From: a virus
IMG/VR virus record: IMGVR_UViG_3300027859_000890
Span: 70,167 to 134,166 of that record
Length of the DNA: 64,000 bases
Strand: one strand, 5' to 3'
The position numbers and the translations under genes are program-made. Positions 57,578 to 64,000 of this stretch are shown one piece after another. Positions within the stretch are counted from its first letter, which is position 1. The number at the start of each line of letters is the position of its first letter. Under the pieces are notes generated by a model. The model did not search any database, was not told the DNA's origin, and was given only the letters and a program-made list of their open reading frames with translations.

Positions 57578-58381
57578 ATGGACTATTACAAGCGGTTAGG
57601 TGTTGATAAATCGGCATCTCCTGAAGAACTCAAACGAGCATATAAAAAATTAGCAATGAAGCATCACCCAGACAAAGGTGGTGACCAAAAAATGTTTCAA
57701 GAAATAAATGAAGCATATGACACGCTAAAAGATCCTGATAAAAAGGCTCATTATGATGCTCCTCCTAGACCAGAAATGAATTTCAACAGTCAAAATATGA
57801 ATGATATTTTTGGAGCGTTTTTTCAACAAGGCAGAAGAGTACAAAGGCGAAATCAAGATGTTACTATTAATGTAAATGTTAATTTAGAAGACATTATACA
57901 AGGCAAAAATATTATCGGTAGATATCAGTTACGTTCTGGTGAAGAAGTAGTTGCAAATATTCACGTGCCAGCAGGCATTGAAAGCGGACAAATATTACAA
58001 CTTATGGGCTTAGGTGACAACTATTTTAAACAACTACCAAGAGGAAACTTACTTGCTAAAATAAATGTTAAAAGTCATCCAAAATATGTAAGAGATAGGT
58101 TGCATTTGAGAACATTTTGTAGTATAAATGTATTAGAACTTATTTTAGGCACAGAAACAACTATAGACAAATTAGGAGGAGGCACAATTGCTATTAAGAT
58201 TCCTCCAGGCACACATCCAGGCACAATATTAAGTATTCCAGGTTACGGAATCAAAGATTATAAAACACAACGTACAGGCAACGTGTATGTTGAAGTAAAA
58301 GGAACTACGCCTAAATTAGATAGGTATGAAGATTTAGATAGGATAAGACAGTTAAATGATGAACTTAATTCTCGCACCTGA
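57578..58381 (+). CDS. DnaJ/CbpA-type co-chaperone (no zinc finger)
   Basis: DYY..LGV...AYKKLA..HHPDK J-domain plus C-terminal domain. Confidence 0.9.
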   Translation: MDYYKRLGVDKSASPEELKRAYKKLAMKHHPDKGGDQKMFQEINEAYDTLKDPDKKAHYDAPPRPEMNFNSQNMNDIFGAFFQQGRRVQRRNQDVTINVNVNLEDIIQGKNIIGRYQLRSGEEVVANIHVPAGIESGQILQLMGLGDNYFKQLPRGNLLAKINVKSHPKYVRDRLHLRTFCSINVLELILGTETTIDKLGGGTIAIKIPPGTHPGTILSIPGYGIKDYKTQRTGNVYVEVKGTTPKLDRYEDLDRIRQLNDELNSRT

Positions 58382-58892
58382 TGTGATGTTAGAAAATTCT
58401 GTACGACCGTTTGATGTTACAAATATACATCCAGCGCCAATTGCATTTGATATGATGGACGTAATGCGTAAGCATCACGGTTTAGGACTCAGTGCAAATC
58501 AGGTAGGATTTGACGGACAAATTTTTGTTATGAGAACTATGCTGAATAAACAATATGGCGACATAACTACAGTAATTAATCCAATGATTAAAGGTTTGAG
58601 TAAAGAACTTGAACTAGGTGTTGAAGGTTGTTTGAGTCATCCTGACTTGTTTTTGAAAGTAAGACGTCCTATGAGTTGTATGGTAGAATTTGATACTATT
58701 ACACCAGATGGTAAAAGCGTAATACACGTAGAAACAAAATTTGATGATATTGATGCAAGAATATTCTTGCACGAGTATGATCATTTACAAGGTGTGCAAT
58801 TCATCAATAGAGTGTCTAAATTAAAATTAAACTTAGCAGAAAAGAAAAGACATAAAAAATATAAAAGGAAAGTAAATGGTAGAACCGTCTAA
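58356..58892 (+). CDS. def: peptide deformylase
   Basis: GLGLSANQVG, EGCLS, HEYDHLQG. Confidence 0.93.
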   Translation: MMNLILAPDVMLENSVRPFDVTNIHPAPIAFDMMDVMRKHHGLGLSANQVGFDGQIFVMRTMLNKQYGDITTVINPMIKGLSKELELGVEGCLSHPDLFLKVRRPMSCMVEFDTITPDGKSVIHVETKFDDIDARIFLHEYDHLQGVQFINRVSKLKLNLAEKKRHKKYKRKVNGRTV

Positions 58893-61122
58893 AGAATTAC
58901 AACTTGTATTTGATAAAGTAGTCAAAGACGCAGTAAAACTACGTCACGAGTATGTGACATTAGAACATTTACTATATGCAATGTTGTGTGAAAATAATTT
59001 CAGTGAACTTGTCACAGGATTTGGCACAGACGTTGAATATATTAAAAAGAATTTGGAAAATTATCTCAGAACTAAACTTGATAATATTTTAGTTGAGAAA
59101 GGTAAAGAATATAAACCTGCTAAGACACAAACAGTAGAACGTGTATTGAATAGAGCGTTTACACAAGTATTGTTTAGTATGCGTAATATGATTGAAATAT
59201 CAGATGTATTTTTAAGTATACTAAGTGAAAAGAAAAGTTATGCATATTTTATTACACAGCAGGCTGGTGTAAATAAACAACAATTTGCAGACTATATTAG
59301 CACAGAATTTGATAGAAGTGACGATGACAACCCACAAGAAAATATGGGTATTGCTAATAAAGCACTAAAAGAGTTTACAAGCGACTTAAACAGTCTTGTT
59401 AAAAATAATAAAATTGATCCTATTATTGGACGTAGTGAAGAACTAGAGCAAGTAGCACTTGCACTTGGTAGAAGAAGCAAAAGTAACGTGCTAATGGTTG
59501 GGGAACCAGGTGTAGGCAAGACTGCTATTGCTGAAGGACTTGCATACAATATTGTTCACGGAAGTGTGCCAGAGTTTTTGAAAGAATACAATGTTTATAC
59601 ATTGGATATTGGCAGTATGTTAGCAGGATCAAAGTATAGAGGAGACTTTGAAGAGCGTTTCAAGTTGGTTATTTCTGCATTGCAGAAAAAAGGCAAAACT
59701 ATTATGTTTATTGACGAAGCACATATGATAAGCGGTGCTGGTGCAAGCGGTAGTAACAGTGCAAATGATATGGCAAATATGTTAAAGCCTGCTTTGACTA
59801 AAGGTAACTTGAAAGTTGTTGCAAGTACAACTTGGGAAGAGTATCGTAAGTTCTTTGAAAAAGATCGTGCGTTGATGAGAAGATTTCAAAGGGTAAATGT
59901 TGACGAACCTTCACAAGAAAACACTGTAAGAATACTTAAAGGTATTAAACAATATTATGAAAGTTATCATAATACTACTATTACAGAAGAAGCAATAAAC
60001 GCAGCCGTAAAACTTAGCGTGAAATATCAAACTGATAAAAAATTGCCTGATAAAGCAATAGATTTGATTGATGTTGCTTGTAGTAGATTCAAAGTAAATG
60101 ATCAAGTTGAAAATAAAGTTGTAACTGAAGAAAGTATACAGTTTGAATTAGCAAAAATGATTAACTTGCCTGAAGAACAGGTGAAAGAACGTGAAAGCGA
60201 AAACTTAGCAAACTTAGAAGATAATCTAAAAACAGTTGTGTATGGACAAGACAATGCTATTGAAGATATTGTTGATAAAATCTTAGTAGCACAAGCAGGA
60301 CTAAAAAGTGAAAACAAACCAATTGGTAGTTTTGTGTTTATGGGTCCAACAGGTGTTGGTAAAACAGAACTAAGCAAGCAACTAGCACATCATTTGGGTG
60401 TAAAACTTGTGCGTTTTGATATGAGTGAATTTCAAGAAAAGCACAGTATTAGTAAACTAATTGGCTCGCCTCCAGGTTATGTAGGTTTTGAAGAAGATGC
60501 AGGTCAACTTATTACTAAACTGCAAGAAAATCCAAACTGTGTATTACTTTTAGACGAGATAGAAAAAGCACATCCAGACATAAGCACTATTTTGTTACAA
60601 ATTATGGACAATGGTAGAGTAACAGGCAGTAACGGTAAAGAAGCAGATGCACGTAATGCTACACTTATACTAACTACTAACTTAGGGTCACAAGATGCTG
60701 AGAAAAATGCAATTGGTTTTGGTGAAGATAGCGATAAAGACTACGAAGATACTGACTTTAAAAAATATTTTCCACCTGAGTTTAGAAACAGGCTAGATGG
60801 TGTTATTACATTTGGTAAACTTGACAAGCCAGTAATGATGAAAATTGTAGGTAAGTTTTTACTAGAGCTAAAACAACAAGTACAAGAAAAAGATATTGCT
60901 ATTGACATTACCGACGAAGCTCTTGACTTCTTAGTTGACAAAGGATTCAATCCTAAAATGGGTGCAAGACCGTTACAGCGTGTAATAGATGCACAGATTA
61001 AACGTCCTCTAAGTAAAAAAATACTTTTTGGTGAACTAAAAAATGGCGGAAGTGTTACAATCGATTTCAGAGAAGATGAAATCAAATTAGATTGTTTGGT
61101 AGAAGAAAATGAAACTGTATGA
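58876..61122 (+). CDS. clpA: Clp protease ATP-binding subunit ClpA
   Basis: HEYVTLEHLL N-domain, two AAA modules (GEPGVGKT, GPTGVGKT), no M-domain, IGF loop. Confidence 0.93.
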   Translation: MVEPSKELQLVFDKVVKDAVKLRHEYVTLEHLLYAMLCENNFSELVTGFGTDVEYIKKNLENYLRTKLDNILVEKGKEYKPAKTQTVERVLNRAFTQVLFSMRNMIEISDVFLSILSEKKSYAYFITQQAGVNKQQFADYISTEFDRSDDDNPQENMGIANKALKEFTSDLNSLVKNNKIDPIIGRSEELEQVALALGRRSKSNVLMVGEPGVGKTAIAEGLAYNIVHGSVPEFLKEYNVYTLDIGSMLAGSKYRGDFEERFKLVISALQKKGKTIMFIDEAHMISGAGASGSNSANDMANMLKPALTKGNLKVVASTTWEEYRKFFEKDRALMRRFQRVNVDEPSQENTVRILKGIKQYYESYHNTTITEEAINAAVKLSVKYQTDKKLPDKAIDLIDVACSRFKVNDQVENKVVTEESIQFELAKMINLPEEQVKERESENLANLEDNLKTVVYGQDNAIEDIVDKILVAQAGLKSENKPIGSFVFMGPTGVGKTELSKQLAHHLGVKLVRFDMSEFQEKHSISKLIGSPPGYVGFEEDAGQLITKLQENPNCVLLLDEIEKAHPDISTILLQIMDNGRVTGSNGKEADARNATLILTTNLGSQDAEKNAIGFGEDSDKDYEDTDFKKYFPPEFRNRLDGVITFGKLDKPVMMKIVGKFLLELKQQVQEKDIAIDITDEALDFLVDKGFNPKMGARPLQRVIDAQIKRPLSKKILFGELKNGGSVTIDFREDEIKLDCLVEENETV

Positions 61123-61798
61123 AAGTAAAAAGTTACATTATAACAAGTATCTTTACAAACTTTGTATACGTAATCAATGTGCTACTTTTTTCCGTACTGA
61201 GTTTCAAAAAGAAGGCACACTAAGTTATGCAAAAGGCAAGTTAGATGAATGTAATAGATATCATAATTTTAGAAAACCTCAAATAACATTACCTGTTGGC
61301 AGTAGATTTAAAGAATCTATTGATACAAAACATTATTATGATGCAATAACAATTTACAGACATTTAGTAAGGAATGATGTAGATTACTTAGTGCGAGTTG
61401 AAATGTATAAACTCAATTTATATAGTAATGATAGGAAGTTCTTAACAAGTTTATCAAATAATATCAAAGAAAATTGGGTAGAGTTTTATGAACCCGATCC
61501 TTTACAAATACAATTTTTACAAGAAAATAAAAATGTTATTTTAGTTGACAAAGAACCGCAATATCAATATAAAGTAACACTTGGAAAGAAGTTAGGTACG
61601 CCTAGTTTAGTAAAGTGGATAGACGAAAATCCACACCTAGCTAAAATAGGTGACAAAGCCAAAGAAAGTATTACAAATAGCAGATATGTAAAAGGTTATT
61701 ACTTTTATGTACGTGACGCTAAAACATTACTAATAGCTCAAATGTTAGTTGGGGATAATATACAAAGGATAGAGCAATTAGTTTTTACAGATAAATAG
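61109..61798 (+). CDS. hypothetical protein
   Basis: Intact overlapping ORF. Confidence 0.7.
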   Translation: MKLYESKKLHYNKYLYKLCIRNQCATFFRTEFQKEGTLSYAKGKLDECNRYHNFRKPQITLPVGSRFKESIDTKHYYDAITIYRHLVRNDVDYLVRVEMYKLNLYSNDRKFLTSLSNNIKENWVEFYEPDPLQIQFLQENKNVILVDKEPQYQYKVTLGKKLGTPSLVKWIDENPHLAKIGDKAKESITNSRYVKGYYFYVRDAKTLLIAQMLVGDNIQRIEQLVFTDK

Positions 61799-61802
61799 TA
61801 TT

Positions 61803-62375
61803 ATGCACTATTTAAGTATAACCTTTGCAGACTTTGATCATCAACTTGTAGCAGAAACTGTATCTACTGCAAGTAATGAACTATTAGAAAATGTTAGTGA
61901 ATATACATTAGAAGAAAACAATAATTCTTCTACAGTTACTATTGACACTCCGTTTGCATTGAATGAAAATGAAATAGAAGGAGTAGCAATGAAACTATTT
62001 GAACTTGGACTTAATGATTTCGAAATAAACGCAACGGAAGACTTTGATAATGTAAGTGAAATTACTCTTGAAGACGATCAAGACTTTCACGAATATTTTG
62101 GTTACCCTGGATTTGTTGATGAAGACGGAGTATGGGAAGCAGAATATCAAGGACGTAAAGTTAAACTAGGCAAGCCTATGGCAGGTGATGTAAAGAAGTT
62201 TAAAGTATATGTAAAAAATCCAAAGGGTAATGTTGTAAAAGTAAACTTTGGACAAAAAGGTATGAAAATTAAAAAGAACAATGCTGCAAGACGCAGAAGT
62301 TTTCGTGCCAGACATAACTGCGACAATCCAGGACCGCGTCATAAGGCACGTTACTGGAGTTGTAGAAAATGGTAG
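61803..62375 (+). CDS. hypothetical head-associated protein
   Basis: Acidic N-terminal half; EAEYQGRKV...VNFG...SFRARHNC...ARYWSC domain. Confidence 0.7.
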   Translation: MHYLSITFADFDHQLVAETVSTASNELLENVSEYTLEENNNSSTVTIDTPFALNENEIEGVAMKLFELGLNDFEINATEDFDNVSEITLEDDQDFHEYFGYPGFVDEDGVWEAEYQGRKVKLGKPMAGDVKKFKVYVKNPKGNVVKVNFGQKGMKIKKNNAARRRSFRARHNCDNPGPRHKARYWSCRKW

Positions 62376-62500
62376 ATGGCTATACTGAATACGGATATAG
62401 AGGACTAGAAGAGCTTAAAAAGGCACAAGAAATAATTGAAGAATTAAAAAAAGAGATAGAAGATCTCAAAAAAAGGTTAGAAGAAAATGGTAAAAATTAA
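62369..62500 (+). CDS. 43-aa coiled-coil peptide (not in ORF track)
   Basis: GGAG SD; MVDGYTEYGYRGLEELKKAQEIIEELKKEIEDLKKRLEENGKN. Confidence 0.5.
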   Translation: MVDGYTEYGYRGLEELKKAQEIIEELKKEIEDLKKRLEENGKN

Positions 62501-63011
62501 TGAATTCCACGACATAGATATTCCTAAAGAAATCTATCCAAGTCCAGATTATGACGTTGCGGAAGACTTAAAAATATATATTAGAAACGATCCTATGTTT
62601 TATAGGAAGTCATTTTTTCCTGCGTTTGAAGATTATAAGAAAAGCAAGCAAACAAAAGGCTTGTATGATATGGTCAACAACGGATTGAAAAATTACTGTG
62701 CAAAATATCAATTACCTTTTGCTCCTAATGAACTACTTAATAAACAAGATATCAAAATGATTGTTGGTGAACTTATCAATGACGAAATGGAAGAAGTTAC
62801 CGAAGGCGTTGTGGATTTTGTTAAAGGTATTGGCGATAGAATTATGCACGGTAAAAAAGATCCATTTAAGGATTATATGAGATATGCAAAAAAACGCCTT
62901 AATTACAAAACAGACAAACAGTTGCTCGCTGATATGAGAAGAGAGTTCCCAAGAGCAGCACCAGCAGATTTAGCGAGGGCAATAACACAGGCAAGAAAAG
63001 CGGCAACATAA
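62487..63011 (+). CDS. hypothetical protein
   Basis: DL..Y.RND..FYR..FFP. Confidence 0.7.
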   Translation: MVKINEFHDIDIPKEIYPSPDYDVAEDLKIYIRNDPMFYRKSFFPAFEDYKKSKQTKGLYDMVNNGLKNYCAKYQLPFAPNELLNKQDIKMIVGELINDEMEEVTEGVVDFVKGIGDRIMHGKKDPFKDYMRYAKKRLNYKTDKQLLADMRREFPRAAPADLARAITQARKAAT

Positions 63012-63241
63012 TGGATATCGCCGACTTACAACACCTTGCTGGTATTAAGAATAAATTTACAGGATTTACACCATACGTGCCTGAAAATATAAGTCACACA
63101 GGCACTGAAAAAGCAAGAATACAACGTAAGAATAATATACAACCCGGCGATGAAGAATGGTTCAAATTATGGTTTAGCCGTCCGTACTGGAAAGGACAAG
63201 AGTATCCTCCAGGTTTACGCAGCAGGAAAAAATCAAAATGA
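63011..63241 (+). CDS. hypothetical protein
   Basis: LQHLAGI, NISHTGTEKA, I.PG..EWFKLWF. Confidence 0.7.
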   Translation: MDIADLQHLAGIKNKFTGFTPYVPENISHTGTEKARIQRKNNIQPGDEEWFKLWFSRPYWKGQEYPPGLRSRKKSK

Positions 63242-63573
63242 GAATTTATGATTTAGATGAAGGCGTAGGTAGAATTGTAAAAGGTGTTAACACAACACCG
63301 GATGTAGGACCTAATCAAACCAGTATAGAAGCAGCAAAGTTTGGCTTCAAGGTAGATAAAGATGGACGCCCACCAACACATAAGAAAAAAGTTAAGGGTA
63401 ATAGCACAAATGTATTATATAATTTAGGACTTGCAGAAAATGAAGTTCCACGCTATACTGCTGTTGAATGGGCAATTATGGAAGGCGGACATACATTAGA
63501 TGAAGTTGTGCAAAAACCAAAAAAACCGGGTAGAATATTTGCTGCACTAACAGAGAACGATAATGAAGATTGA
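63238..63573 (+). CDS. hypothetical protein
   Basis: EGVGRIVKGVNTTPDV, E.A.MEGGH. Confidence 0.7.
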   Translation: MRIYDLDEGVGRIVKGVNTTPDVGPNQTSIEAAKFGFKVDKDGRPPTHKKKVKGNSTNVLYNLGLAENEVPRYTAVEWAIMEGGHTLDEVVQKPKKPGRIFAALTENDNED

Positions 63574-64000
63574 AGAATTAGAAAATTTTATCAGCCTCAG
63601 TGAGGAAATAGGATTAAATCCTAATACAGAAATCTATATCGATATGGATGGAGTTCTTGCTGACTTTTTTGGCGAATGGGCTAAACTTATGCAAGTCGAT
63701 CATTTTTCTCAAATTAATAAAAAACACGACATTGATGATGCTCTACAAAAAATAAGAGATACTGACGAATTTTGGTTAAATTTACCTTTATTACCACAAG
63801 CAAAAGATTTACTAGGACTTGTAAAAAAAGTAAAAGGGCAATATTTTATATGTAGTTCACCTTTAGCAGATGATCCAAGATCCGAACCACACAAGCGTGA
63901 ATGGATAAAAAACAATTTATCATTTTTCCCGCCAAAAGATGTGTTTATTACACATAATAAACCAAAGTTTGCCAAAAACGAAGATGGTAGTCCTAACATA
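63563..64000 (+). CDS. HAD 5'(3')-deoxyribonucleotidase-like protein (runs off the window end)
   Basis: MKIEELE...IYIDMDGVLADF...FW.NLP...CSSP...K.EW...KFA; no stop before 64000. Confidence 0.8.
   Translation, partial: MKIEELENFISLSEEIGLNPNTEIYIDMDGVLADFFGEWAKLMQVDHFSQINKKHDIDDALQKIRDTDEFWLNLPLLPQAKDLLGLVKKVKGQYFICSSPLADDPRSEPHKREWIKNNLSFFPPKDVFITHNKPKFAKNEDGSPNI

Noticed and set aside
1-64000. Genome-wide stop-codon reassignment
   Set aside because: Recognisable genes are intact in the standard code, TAA, TAG and TGA all end genes, and no suppressor anticodon is among the five tRNAs.
1-64000. CRISPR array, diversity-generating retroelement, integrase, transposase, intron or intein
   Set aside because: No regularly spaced repeats and no RT, recombinase or splicing motifs seen by eye.

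Overview
A 64-kb segment of a large, AT-rich lytic tailed-phage genome (myovirus-like; T4 gp9/gp10-type baseplate motifs, TAAATA late-type promoters and sigma70-type promoters). The auxiliary genes (FdxA-type ferredoxin, IscA, ClpA, ClpP, DnaJ, peptide deformylase, PhoH) suggest a proteobacterial, probably alphaproteobacterial, host; this is an inference. Almost all genes lie on the + strand. In order: ClpP and small genes, a five-tRNA cluster, a late operon of probably capsid-packaged enzymes, a large radical-SAM/tailoring-enzyme island, queD, APS-kinase-like, cytidylyltransferase-like and glycosyltransferase genes, UvsE, a tail/baseplate block (28.7-45.6 kb), replication and nucleotide genes (DnaE fragment, clamp loader, ThyX, MazG-like), a lysis cassette and a chaperone/protease block. 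Best leads: (1) two adjacent preQ1-I-riboswitch-like pseudoknots, one before a small membrane gene and one before queD; (2) a HAD nucleotidase domain inserted into an Ig repeat of a virion protein; (3) a DnaE gene ending just before its catalytic aspartates; (4) a probable overprinted membrane-protein ORF inside uvsE; (5) many leaderless genes and strong CATG avoidance. All calls come from reading motifs by eye; no searches were run.
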